A stretch of 64,000 nucleotides of DNA from Octopus vulgaris (GCA_951406725.2 OX597815.1:146568001-146632000); one strand, 5' to 3'; shown: positions 1 to 12,065, counted from the stretch's first letter. Notes: generated by a model from the sequence alone, not told the origin. Numbers and translations: made by a program.

Positions 1-330
1 GCTGAAGTTGTTTGTGTAGGGCAAGTTGCGGTGCAAGTTGACCAAAATTAAGAGTATGATAGAGGAATGGTTGCTCTTCAAATTCAAATTCAAATCGGAC
101 CATGTTAAGGCCCAAAATTATTTACATAAAAAAGTGCTTTTTTTTCTATGAAAATCCCTATTTTTTACAATTTTTTGACTGCTGTGTCGCCATTTTTCGG
201 TGTATTTCAACCAGAAAAATGTTCACTTAGAGAGAAGAACAAGCTATATAATTAAACAAAATTTACTTTTCCAAAATTCCAATTCTAAAGGGCCGAAACA
301 AACCCGAGCAACGCCGGGCGACACTGCTAA
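1..330 (+). mobile_element. Non-autonomous Helitron-like element (3' end; 5' end lies outside the window)
   Basis: Subterminal GC-rich hairpin CCCG-agcaacgc-CGGG (303-318), followed 8 nt later by CTAA|T (327-331). This matches the Helitron hairpin + CTRR|T terminus. Confidence 0.6.
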
Positions 331-349
331 TATATATATATATTTCAAA

Positions 350-572
350 TTTACATAAAACCTAAGACGAAAACAGACCGGCGATGATTGATCGCTAGCC
401 ACTACACACATTTTTTCTCTCTCTCTGTTTTTTTCTGTGTTCCTTTCTGTGGAAGAGTGTAGTCTTGAAACGTTAAAGACTTTTTCAATTCCCGTGCGTT
501 ATACTAATTACTAATACATCTGTTTGTTTTCTACACCACCTGTCTTCGTCTTTTATTCTTCTCGTGAGTTCT

Positions 573-577
<5 letters not shown>
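350..577 (+). mobile_element. PLE family B 3' terminal fragment, with a short inverted copy of its 3' end at the left edge
   Basis: About 385-577 aligns with 30980-31177 and 54998-55157 (agccactacacacatt...gaaacgt...tacaccacctgtcttcgtctttt...ctcccta). 350-376 (tttac...aagacgaaaacag) resembles the reverse complement of the ctgtcttcgtctt...gtaaa end. Flanked by (TA)n on both sides. Confidence 0.7.
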
Positions 578-615
<38 letters not shown>

Positions 616-1102
616 TATACAGGGAGAGGGACAGAGAGGGATGGAGGGCGAAATGGTCGAAGAGTAAGTGTCTTCTTCTACCAATAAATTGTCGATGCTG
701 AAGTTGAGCAGACAGAACTGTGCTTTAGGACACTCCAGATCCGTTAGTATAGTTACTAATTAACGGCTTATTCTGAAGTATATCATAGTATAAAAAATCT
801 GTGACATACAGCGGGAGAAAACAGCTAAAATCATTATAAGTATGTCTATATGACCTGAGTGGCCATAATATATATTTTACGACTGAAATTGTCTTAGTCA
901 TGAGGAATGATCAGTTGCCATTATCTTTACATGGTCATAGGGACTGAACGAAATCGATATAAGCTCATTGGAACATCGAACAGTGTGCATTGAGGTATTT
1001 CTTCCGATTTTCTGCGCTTTGAGCTTACATATTGTGGAGGCCAGATTTGCTTTTCCTGTAGTTGGGGTCATGATCATCATATTAATGCAAGGCCTTGAAT
1101 TG

Positions 1103-1165
1103 TTAGTAGTAGTAGTAATAGTAGTAGAGGTAGTAGTAGTAATGGTGGTAGCGGTTGTGGTGGTG

Positions 1166-1224
<59 letters not shown>
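1103..1224. repeat. (GTA/GTG)n compound trinucleotide microsatellite
   Basis: Directly visible; explains the poly-Val ORF 968-1240. Confidence 0.95.
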
Positions 1225-1225
<1 letters not shown>

Positions 1226-1786
1226 ATTACCTATTACTGACAGATGATGCCTCTGCTCCATTTGTCTGTGTAGTCGTTGCTGGAGAGGTTAGTACGGGAT
1301 CGGTGTGTAAATTTTTAGTCGCCTTTCACAACACGTAGAGCACACGCTTGTTTTTTTCTTTGACAACTTTTCCACCATATACCTTGCGTTATTTTCTCCA
1401 TCTTTTTCGTTGTATTCTGTAGAGAGTCCTGGCCATAATTATCATTTCTGATTAAGTGAGGTCATAAGGAAATTATTATGGTAAACTAAGATTTTGGTAG
1501 TGAAAACTTGAAAGAGTTCTGAATGTTTTAATTGGTTTTCAGTATTTGAAAAGATGGGCTACACGAGTGATTCCTGGATATAAGCACAGATTTTCTCTTT
1601 TCGCTATTACTTTTTATTTCAGGATGCATAATTCGGAGTCAAGGGGGCAAGGGTCTCTCTAGGCAGAGCCACTGTTTCTCCGCATTGGCAGGTTACACCT
1701 CTGGTATTACGGTCATATGATTAGAATTTTGCAGGGAAGAATCTCAAGACGGATTCTTCAAGTATAGCAACTAACAGGGGTTATAG

Positions 1787-1940
1787 GGGGTGGAGCCAAA
1801 ATGAAATACTTGGATAATGTTTATAGTCTCAGTTTGGTTTCACATGGGAATACAGTCTGAAAGTTTAATGAAGGCTGCTTGTGATAAGCCCATGTGGAGG
1901 ATGTACCTGAAGAATCTACACTCGTGGCCTTCCCAAGAAT
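1787..1940 (+). mobile_element. Possible degraded RTE-clade LINE C-terminus
   Basis: Frameshifted translation GAKMKYLDNV...LMKAACDKPMWR resembles the RTE ending GRPRxxYLD...LMxAAxDRxxWR. Confidence 0.35.
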
Positions 1941-2040
1941 ATTGGGAGGGAAGACGAAGGAATAGATTCCTTCTATCATTTGACAGCAGCTGTGATGGGA
2001 TACCACCATGAAAAGTTTACTTGTACAAATCGACACCAGA

Positions 2041-2320
2041 ATTTATTTTGTGAACCATGGTGCTTACTCTGTCGGCATCTTTTGCTGAACTGCTAGTTTA
2101 CAGGGATGTAAACAGATACACTTTAATTGTAAAGCGAGATGAAACAAAGAAACACATATATACGACAGGCATTTACAATGTTGTCATAGGCCAAATTCCC
2201 TCACAAAGTATTATGTAGTGTAGATTGTATGAAAATAAACTGACCCCAGCATGTCACGCAGAGGGACAGAACTTGAAAACATGTGTTTGCAAATCGGGCT
2301 ACTTAACCGTACTGCCGTGC
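2041..2320 (-). mobile_element. tRNA-derived SINE family A, degraded copy
   Basis: Patchy similarity to 47970-48332 (ttttgctgaac.gcta.ttac.ggga.gtaaa; tacga.gg; ctcacaa; accatgtg...ctactt). Confidence 0.6.
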
Positions 2321-3167
2321 AATTCTGTGAGAATTAGATTGTTTAAGACGGAAATCGTTAATATAATTCGTAAACAAGATGAGAATAATATCAACGATAC
2401 GTACAGTAACGAACCGGTGTATACTTCAACAATACCTTCGATATTCTACAAATCTTAAAAGCTTCAAATACATCTAAAAATCTCAGTGTGTTGTTGATGT
2501 TTGCCTCAAGTGAATTATCGGCTTTCAGATGGTTGTCTATGAAATAGCAATCAATGTTATTGAAAAAGAAAAGTCTAACAAAAGCATCTGTTCTGCTGTT
2601 TATTTCTCGTACCTTGGCTTGTCGTGTCAATAATTTTCTAATGCCGTCATAACTAGACTTGCACCTCTTTGTACTATATTGATATGTAAACACACTCACA
2701 AATGCACGCAGAGTAAAACGCATGCACACCAAAGTGTATATATGTATAATTGCATGAATGTATCTCTGTGTCTTTGTGTATACCTTATATATACGTACCT
2801 ACACATATATATTTATACACACATGTATATGTATGTATACACTCACACCTATTCAAATGTTCGAGAATATTTTCCATTGCACAGTTTATCTTTTACTACT
2901 GGTTTCAGAAATTTTAGACATTATTTGATATAGGTTATATAAACACACGCACACACACACACACACACGACAAATACGCGCACACACGCGCGCACACGCA
3001 CGCACATAGAGATACAAACATACACACATCCATATGCGTATGTATAACATACATATATATATATGTGTGTGTGTATTGTCTATCTATTCAACTATTTCTT
3101 CATAGGTAATTCTATTAGGCCTGGATAAATCTTATATACTGGTATGCAGTTTTGAGAGATTCTGTGG

Positions 3168-3389
<222 letters not shown>

Positions 3390-4082
3390 AACTTGCTGCA
3401 TATTTGCTTATGTGTTTAAGATAACAGATTTTAGATTTTTACCTTTGTTTAATTTCGTGTACAATTTCATTGTATCCATTTCTAACGTAGAACTATTTTC
3501 TGATTAACACTACTGTCTTTGTGGTCACGTGCATTCCGCGTGCACCTATACCTATATATATATATATGTATATGTATACATATATACATATGTGTGTGTG
3601 TGTGTATTTTATTTAACTGGTCTTTTTTCTTAAATGTTATGAGTTTAACCCGAAACAAATTTTCTTTTTTATCCTATGGGGAAACTAAGAAAAAAAAAAG
3701 ATAAGAAAAGAAAATAATAAACAACAATTTGGTGCTCTCTCATTCTTCTTTTCTTTTTTTGGTGTTTTAGCTGTAAGCCAATGCTAGCGTGTATAGCATT
3801 ATCGGTTTGAGAATTTAGTTTGTACACAGACGCTTCTTGTTGCCATTTTTAGCTCCATAGAAATAAACCTATTTGAAAATAACATGCAAACACTGGGTCG
3901 AAAGTTTTATTGAATAATATCATTAGTTATTCCTATATATGTGTACATGTACGTACGCATACGCACATACACATAGAAAAACGCGCACACACAGAAAAAC
4001 ACATACATATACCGAAATATATATGTATATATTAGATATATACTTATATATATCTAAATATACAAGCATATGTGTCTGTATG

Positions 4083-4132
<50 letters not shown>

Positions 4133-5154
4133 CATACAGAAGCACATTTAAACACACTCCTTCCCACACTGGTCCAAACAGAAAAAAATGCTGCGCCATC
4201 AAACAACATTTCGTGTTGGCTATTATCTTTTTAGCTATTATATATACATTTACATATTACTTCGCCTCCATTTAGTTTTCACAAGTCAGTTTTTATTGTT
4301 GTTGATATTTTCATCATCATCGTCATCATCATCATCATCATCAACTTCCTCCCCCTCCTCCTCCTCCTCCTCATCATCATCATCATCGTCATCAGCATCA
4401 TCTTCATTATTATTATTATCATCGCCATTATCATCATATTGTTAATATTTTTTCGTTTTGCAACTTGTACTTCTACAGTTATCAGAATTCTCTCTTCCAC
4501 CTGTTTATTTACCTGCAGGGTTTGTTTTAACATTCCAAATATCCGTATTTCACAGACACCACATAACTAAGTCAAGCTGTGATCGATTTAACTAAGTTAT
4601 ATTCTTTGCAACAACTTGTGCAAGATTGATTACAGTTGGTATCCGCTCTTGATATATATCATATGTAAAAAGTCTGCTACGCTTGTTACGCCACCGAGCT
4701 TTGATTGCCCTGGTATGACCGAGGGTGTAACCAGGAGTAAGGTCTATACCAATATATAAATGTTTCGCTTCGCACAAATACAAACACACACACACTCACA
4801 CACATATATAAATATACACACGTATTTATATAATCGTTCTTGATTACCGACCTGGAGAAAAACTATTCTAAAAGAACTCCGTCTTCACACAACTAATGTT
4901 GACAAGCTCGTTGTACAATGTATGTGTAAATGTGCGTGTGGGCCTGTGTGCGGTCATATATGTGTACGCGCACGCGCTTTTGTGTGTGTGTGGATGTGTG
5001 TACGGGCATTTGTGTTTGTGTATGTGTATATGTGTGTGTGTGTTTACTTATGCTCATACTATTCTCCTCAGCCATTTCTGTTTATTGCCAAAGTTATTAC
5101 AAGACGTTTATTAAGAAAAACCAATCTGTAATTTTGCTGCATTCACACACACAC

Positions 5155-5195
<41 letters not shown>

Positions 5196-5384
5196 CACAC
5201 ACACACACACACACACTTAAATATGCATATAGAGAGAATGATATAAGTAAATAAGAATAAAATTTACTTTGAAATATGTTGGAAAAGACGCATATATGGC
5301 CAAGTGGGATATTTATTAAAAGTTTTTATTAAGTCATGACTAGTTTGAACGAAAAAGATACTAAATCATTTAATTTCTCATTTC

Positions 5385-5520
5385 GGTGAATTGGCAGCGT
5401 CCTTCGGGTATCGGACAGAATATCTTGAAGGTTTTTTTTTTTTAATTTCGTCAAAGTCAACTTCACCTGTCATCCCTTTGCTGTTGATACAATATGCACC
5501 AATCCAAAATGGTGGATTCA
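5385..5520 (+). mobile_element. SINE family B, degraded copy
   Basis: ggtgaattggcag...aatttcgtcaaagtcaacttcacctgtcatccctttg...gata...accaat resembles the copies at 34526 and 61545. Confidence 0.45.
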
Positions 5521-6438
5521 CAGAACTGTAAGAACGTTCACCAGTAACCTTGGAATTTTTGTGTGGTTCTTTCTACTTTCTGCTCAACGGCGGCGCTAAA
5601 ATACTTCTGTGATAATCCTAAACCGTCGTTTCATTTCAAGCCACAACCAGGCAGCTTAAGGCGTTTCAGCAGAGTTCATTATGTTGCCAGCATTTGAGAC
5701 CATTATTACGGAGCAGGATACATTTAATTCTACCTCAACTGGTATTGCGTTAGATGTAGCGATACATTCATGCCATCTGTCATTTGCATAACATTTCCAA
5801 ACTTATAATTATTCTTTATGGAAATCTATATGAAATCCGTTGTAATGCTGTTGTAATATAGTGTTTCATCTCTCTCGAATTGTATTTTCTTCGTTGGTGT
5901 GTGTGAGTGAGTGTTTGTGTGCGTTCGCGCGCGATCGTGCGCGTGTTTGTATCTGTGTGTGCTTGAACCTGTCCGTGTACATTACACCCACCCACACACA
6001 AACATATACACATACACACTCATACACACATATGATAAAATTTTATCAGCAAATATTCAAAATTTTGATTCGTTCGTATCTTCCACTATATCTGCTATTT
6101 TACTTCTAAACATATGTAAGAATAAAGGAAGCTAATTAGTAACTAATAAGGAAGCCTAAATGTGTCATCAGCAATGAATATGCACGATAGCAATCATGGA
6201 GTATTATATTTATCAACTGCATTATGTAGAATAGATAACTAATACTAAAAGGTATTGCAAAGAGAACACTACTGTATCATAATGCTATTAGACAGCTTAA
6301 TAGTTCTTTTAATAATAATTCATGATTGCTAGTCAGTAGCTTGGAAGTGATACAGGAGCAAGTCGTAGAAACAGCAGCTGTATCTGCTTTAAATCGAAGC
6401 GAACCGTATAATATGGTAGGCTCCTTCGGATACCTTAG

Positions 6439-6473
<35 letters not shown>

Positions 6474-8140
6474 ATGATCATAGAGGTGATCATAGATTAT
6501 TGATGAAGATAAGAAGTGTGTATAAACAATGAAGCAACAATAATATGTAATATAATATAATATGATATAATGTATATAAATATTGAGTGTCATAAGTGAT
6601 TGGACCAATATGTTACTGGAATATACAGAAACAATTTCGTTTTTCTATAGCAATTCGCTTACTTTGACATTGAAAATATATGGTTGTACTGCTACATGAA
6701 AATAAAGAATTAAAATAACAATAGATATTAAAAGAAAATGACAATATATATGACTATAATATGGATTGAGGATTCCGAATGATCAATTCTGTCAATATTT
6801 AATTTACTACAGTGCTGAAATCCATTTAGTTCCTTAACAACCAGATGTATACGTCTAATTTGACATAATACGAAGCAAGGTTACAAAGATGAAATTAAAA
6901 GTAAGGATTAAAGATGCACAGAATTGAAATATATGTTTTACATATGAAATACTTCATATGTCGATAGTAATCATGTATAACAATATTTCATTCTTTTGGG
7001 AAATCATAAGCATATCGTAAGCTTTGGCATATTTAATGTGAGACTGGAAATAAAGGTGACAGAGTTTAACATGTGATTCCAACATATGTATCTGTTACAA
7101 TATGAATATTTTATATTTTTGAATAAAATTCATTTTATGAATATATTATATTTTTGAATATAGAATATCTTATGAGAATTTTTAGAATATAATATATTTT
7201 ATAAAACATCTCTGTATCTATAATGATATGAGATTTCTTATCCAATAGTCAAAAGTGCACAATACTACTTCAAGCAACTCGGTGTCTAAAATATGATTAT
7301 AATATTTTATCCAACAGGTCATCTTCAATGGTGCTAGGATTATCCTTTACGATAATTCATCGTTTTTAGCGTTGTTATTCATTTTTAATCTAACATCTCA
7401 CTTTTCTGTGTGTCCTGCGCTTTGGTAGTGGAATACAGAATTGTCATAAAATTACCAGCGCCTTTACACACAGACACACACAGAGACATACACATACACA
7501 CACACATACATACACACGCACACACACACTCACACACACACACACGTATGTATTCATGTTTATATTCGTATATGCATATTTGTATGTGTGTGTTTTCTGT
7601 GTAGACGCCAAATCGTAAAAACAATTTCATAGAGATTAGAGTATATATTTTAGTTGAGTTCATATTTCTTAATGTTTACAAGGAAAATGTTGATAGGGTC
7701 TTCGAACATTCAACCTGGTCCCCGTCATCGTACATAAGCTTATACACAACTGGGTGTGGTGTGCATGCGTGTGTGTGTGCGTGTATGTGTGTATGTGTGT
7801 ATGGTGGGCGAATGGAAAATCTCTAGCAAAAAATCTTTATGAAACCTTTCCACATTACTTTTTTTGTTTCATTACGTTATTGGATGATTGTAAAATGAAT
7901 AGTATATACAAGAGTGTAATACAGGACGAAACATATGTTCACACTGTGATACAATTTCAAATCTGTTGTTCGTTTATATTGTATATATTGAATTTCAGGT
8001 TGCAATACATTCTTGTTACATTAGACTTCCAGTTCTAAGTTTGTTTAATTATTCGCCAGGAGTTATGTTTGTTTATATAAATATATTTCCATACCTATGT
8101 ATATTAGTGCTGAAATGTGTTTATATACGTGCCTATATGA

Positions 8141-8206
<66 letters not shown>

Positions 8207-8333
8207 AAAAGAATTCCAACCTTGTCTGATTTTCACGTTTTATTTACAATCTTATAATGATATATTATAAGATAATATATTATAATTGAATAAAATAAAA
8301 TGAAATAGTAGAATGTTAAATATTCATTCTGAT

Positions 8334-8378
8334 TGAACTAGTACTTTCATGCATTGAATTCTGCAATCTTCGGGTTCA
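8334..8378 (-). ncRNA. Minimal type I hammerhead-ribozyme-like motif (inverted copy)
   Basis: Reverse complement of 12021-12065. Confidence 0.65.
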
Positions 8379-8872
8379 TGTAGTAGTGTTGACAGTCATG
8401 CTTCACAATTTTTGACTGTAGCAAGATGAGTGATTCTGTGCTATAAATACAGCTGGGTAGGCTCCAGAGTGCTAGGTTTTGCAAACTGTATTCTGACCAA
8501 TCAGTGTGTAGTATCACTCAATTACTTAAGCTGATTGGTTGGTTGAGCTGATTGGTTTAGGCATCACGCTTTGTTGGACAGGTCAAGAGTCCTGTATCTT
8601 GACCCTGGCCGAAGCAGCAATTGTTGGGTTATTTTTAGAAATGTTGTAAATATCCTTTGTCAGAGATTTTTATATTTTTATATTTCAATTGTCATCATCA
8701 TCATTGTCAGCACCTTAATTATTGTTGCTAGTGGTGATGGTGGTGGCAATAGAACTTTTAACCCTAAATAAGATAATTTTCCTGCTATCTTCGTCTTGAT
8801 CACCTTTAGTATTGTTGTTGTTGTTAGTGGTCATGGTCGTAGCAGTGGAAGTAATACCTCTAAATATTATTA

Positions 8873-9676
8873 TTATTGCTTATTTAGCTTGGGTTCGAAT
8901 TTATCAATAAAATTCTTTTCTCTGATTTTCCTCTCGATTTCACTTGGGCTGTGTAATTTGTAGAATGGAAATATTATATATATTTTCCGACCACATGTTG
9001 CTAGGTGGTTACTCAAAGGTATCTGACGGACCTCTGGGTCTCTAATCTGTTGCCGGTGTACACGTGAGCGTTCTAATAGTGCTTTTCCCGTCTGACCTAC
9101 ATATATTTCTTCACAATTTGGGCATTTGATGCAGTAAATTAAATTTCTGCTTTTGCAGTTCATATTCGCGTTTGTGAATATTTTCCCGGTTTTTGTGTTT
9201 ATATATTGACCGGTATGTATGAATTGGCATGTGCCACATCGGCTATCATTGCATTTAGATACCGTGAATGTTTGGTCTTTGTTGCTGAGGTCAAATTTTG
9301 CCTTTGTTAGTAATGTTTTCAAGTTTTTAGGCTGTCTTTTACTAAGCACCATAGCTCGATCCTTGATTATGTCTTTTAATTCATTACTTTGGGCAATGAT
9401 TGGTAGGTTTGCTTTGGCAATGTTGAAGATATTCTGGTGACATGGGTTGTGTGTCACTATGAATGGTATGACTTGTTCTTGTTTTCCTCTTCCTTGGGTT
9501 GTCCTAAGTTGTTGTATAGGTATTTTTATAGCCCGCTGTATGCCATTTTCTATAAGTAGAGATGGGTATTTTTGTTTGAGCAAAAATTCTCTTAGTTCTA
9601 TTAGGCGTTTGTTCCTGATATTTGCATCTTCTACAATAGTACAAATTCTTCTGGCTAGGCAGTATGGGATGTTACG
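8873..9676 (-). pseudogene. Inverted partial copy of the PLE ORF (thumb/linker + GIY-YIG endonuclease only)
   Basis: ORF 8873-9769 is identical to the C-terminus of the 620-aa ORF from RNIPYCLARR onward, except one residue. Its first ~31 aa are read from the antisense of the junction/RT region. Confidence 0.9.
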
Positions 9677-11526
9677 AATACTATAAGGGATGGGATGATA
9701 CCGAATACTATAAGGATTTGGTTGAAGACCAACTGAAGGATACAACCTTCTATTGTGAAATACCCGCAAATATAGACCACCACATCATGAAAAAGATCAA
9801 CAACCTGATTTCAACACACCACAACTCACTTACGGATAATGAAAAAGACTACATCACCAATTTTGAACCAAAACCCAGCAACTTCTACGGCTTACCAAAA
9901 ATACACAAATCAAAAAACATTCAACAGGCAGTAAAAGAACAAGAAAGTGAGTACATAAAATTATTACATCCAAAAGACCTAAAACTTAGACCTATTATAG
10001 CTGGTCCAGCATGCCCTACACACCGTCTAAGCAATTTTATTGACATTGTTTTGAAACCACTATGTACTTACATACCAAGTTTCATCAGGGATGACATCGA
10101 CTTCCTGTCCCATCTTCCAAAAACAACAGAAACAAATTCAGTTTTGCTAAGTTTTGATGTGGTAAGCCTCTACACCAATATTCCACACGATTTAGGAATA
10201 AAGGCGATTAAATACTGGTTAGAAAAACATAGAGAAGTGATTCCCAGCAGATTCACAGTGCCATTTATATTAGACACAGTCAAACTTATTCTAGAAAATA
10301 ACACATTCTTCTTCAATGGAAAGAATTACATCCAAATTAGAGGCACGGCGATGGGAACGAGGTTTGCTCCCGTTTACGCCAACTCTGTAATGGGATACTT
10401 AGAAGAACAACTCTACCAAGAGGTGGAGGTAAACTATGGCACTGGATTTAGAAAGTATATTGAAAAGGCATGGAAGAGATACCTAGACGACTGTTTCATA
10501 ATCTGGACAGAATCTCTAAATACTCTGGAAGAGTTCAATATCCTCCTGAACAACCTACACCCATCTCTCAAATTTACAAAGGAGATGAGTAGTACCAAAT
10601 TACCATTCCTGGATATAATGGTAATTAAAAAAGACACCACCATCACCACAGATATATACTATAAACACACAGACACACATCAATACCTAAATTTTAAGTC
10701 GTGCCATCCACCACATACAAAACGTAACATCCCATACTGCCTAGCCAGAAGAATTTGTACTATTGTAGAAGATGCAAATATCAGGAACAAACGCCTAATA
10801 GAACTAAGAGAATTTTTGCTCAAACAAAAATACCCATCTCTACTTATAGAAAATGGCATACAGCGGGCTATAAAAATACCTATACAACAACTTAGGACAA
10901 CCCAAGGAAGAGGAAAACAAGAACAAGTCATACCATTCATAGTGACACACAACCCATGTCACCAGAATATCTTCAACATTGCCAAAGCAAACCTACCAAT
11001 CATTGCCCAAAGTAATGAATTAAAAGACATAATCAAGGATCGAGCTATGGTGCTTAGTAAAAGACAGCCTAAAAACTTGAAAACATTACTAACAAAGGCA
11101 AAATTTGACCTCAGCAACAAAGACCAAACATTCACGGTATCTAAATGCAATGATAGCCGATGTGGCACATGCCAATTCATACATACCGGTCAATATATAA
11201 ACACAAAAACCGGGAAAATATTCACAAACGCGAATATGAACTGCAAAAGCAGAAATTTAATTTACTGCATCAAATGCCCAAATTGTGAAGAAATATATGT
11301 AGGTCAGACGGGAAACGCACTATTAGAACGCTCACGTGTACACCGGCAACAGATTAGAGACCCAGAGGTCCGTCAGATACCTTTGAGTAACCACCTAGCA
11401 ACATGTGGTCGGAAAATATATATAATATTTCCATTCTACAAATTACACAGCCCAAGTGAAATCGAGAGGAAAATCAGAGAAAAGAATTTTATTGATAAAT
11501 TCGAACCCAAGCTAAATAAGCAATAA
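9664..11526 (+). CDS. PLE polyprotein: reverse transcriptase + Cys-rich linker + GIY-YIG endonuclease (N-terminally truncated)
   Basis: PLE RT motifs FYGLPKIHK, LRPIIAG, LLSFDVVSLYTNI, QIRGTAMGTRFAPVYAN, WKRYLDDCF, LPFLD, YYKHTDTHQYLNFKSCHP. Linker CNDSRCGTC (Neptune-type). Endonuclease NLIYCIKCPNCEEIYVGQT...R...H...H...E...PKLN. No stops or frameshifts. The ATG comes from the inverted arm. Confidence 0.93.
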   Translation: MGCYEYYKGWDDTEYYKDLVEDQLKDTTFYCEIPANIDHHIMKKINNLISTHHNSLTDNEKDYITNFEPKPSNFYGLPKIHKSKNIQQAVKEQESEYIKLLHPKDLKLRPIIAGPACPTHRLSNFIDIVLKPLCTYIPSFIRDDIDFLSHLPKTTETNSVLLSFDVVSLYTNIPHDLGIKAIKYWLEKHREVIPSRFTVPFILDTVKLILENNTFFFNGKNYIQIRGTAMGTRFAPVYANSVMGYLEEQLYQEVEVNYGTGFRKYIEKAWKRYLDDCFIIWTESLNTLEEFNILLNNLHPSLKFTKEMSSTKLPFLDIMVIKKDTTITTDIYYKHTDTHQYLNFKSCHPPHTKRNIPYCLARRICTIVEDANIRNKRLIELREFLLKQKYPSLLIENGIQRAIKIPIQQLRTTQGRGKQEQVIPFIVTHNPCHQNIFNIAKANLPIIAQSNELKDIIKDRAMVLSKRQPKNLKTLLTKAKFDLSNKDQTFTVSKCNDSRCGTCQFIHTGQYINTKTGKIFTNANMNCKSRNLIYCIKCPNCEEIYVGQTGNALLERSRVHRQQIRDPEVRQIPLSNHLATCGRKIYIIFPFYKLHSPSEIERKIREKNFIDKFEPKLNKQ

Positions 11527-11843
11527 TAATAATATTTAGAGGTATTACTTCCACTGCTACGACCATGACCACTAACAACAACAACAATACTAAAGGTGAT
11601 CAAGACGAAGATAGCAGGAAAATTATCTTATTTAGGGTTAAAAGTTCTATTGCCACCACCATCACCACTAGCAACAATAATTAAGGTGCTGACAATGATG
11701 ATGATGACAATTGAAATATAAAAATATAAAAATCTCTGACAAAGGATATTTACAACATTTCTAAAAATAACCCAACAATTGCTGCTTCGGCCAGGGTCAA
11801 GATACAGGACTCTTGACCTGTCCAACAAAGCGTGATGCCTAAA

Positions 11844-11958
11844 CCAATCAGCTCAACCAACCAATCAGCTTAAGTAATTGAGTGATACTACACACTGATT
11901 GGTCAGAATACAGTTTGCAAAACCTAGCACTCTGGAGCCTACCCAGCTGTATTTATAG
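11844..11958 (+). promoter_or_regulatory. Putative pLTR Pol II promoter module (mirrored at 8441-8555 on the - strand)
   Basis: CCAATCAG at 11844 and 11861, inverted CTGATTGG at 11895, and TATTTATA at 11950, about 50 nt after the last CCAAT box. Motif evidence only. Confidence 0.5.
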
Positions 11959-12020
11959 CACAGAATCACTCATCTTGCTACAGTCAAAAATTGTGAAGCA
12001 TGACTGTCAACACTACTACA

Positions 12021-12065
12021 TGAACCCGAAGATTGCAGAATTCAATGCATGAAAGTACTAGTTCA
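12021..12065 (+). ncRNA. Minimal type I hammerhead-ribozyme-like motif in the PLE 3' UTR
   Basis: TGAAC [CCGAAGA] tTGCA-gaattcaa-TGCAt [GAAA] GTAC [TA] GTTCA: stem I TGAAC/GTTCA, stem II TGCA/TGCA, palindromic AGTACT in place of stem III. The core has C instead of U4. Confidence 0.65.

Larger units (their letters stand above)
8202..9676 (-). repeat. Left arm of the 1475-bp inverted repeat (PLE 3' coding portion + 3' UTR/pLTR)
   Basis: Reverse complement of 10723-12197. The only difference I noticed is 9083 vs 11316 (GQTGK vs GQTGN). Confidence 0.95.

Noticed and set aside
8571-11828. Identical ORF pairs 8571-8771/11628-11828, 9219-9440/10959-11180 and 9447-9686/10680-10952
   Set aside because: Antisense by-products of the PLE inverted repeat; useful only as proof of arm identity.
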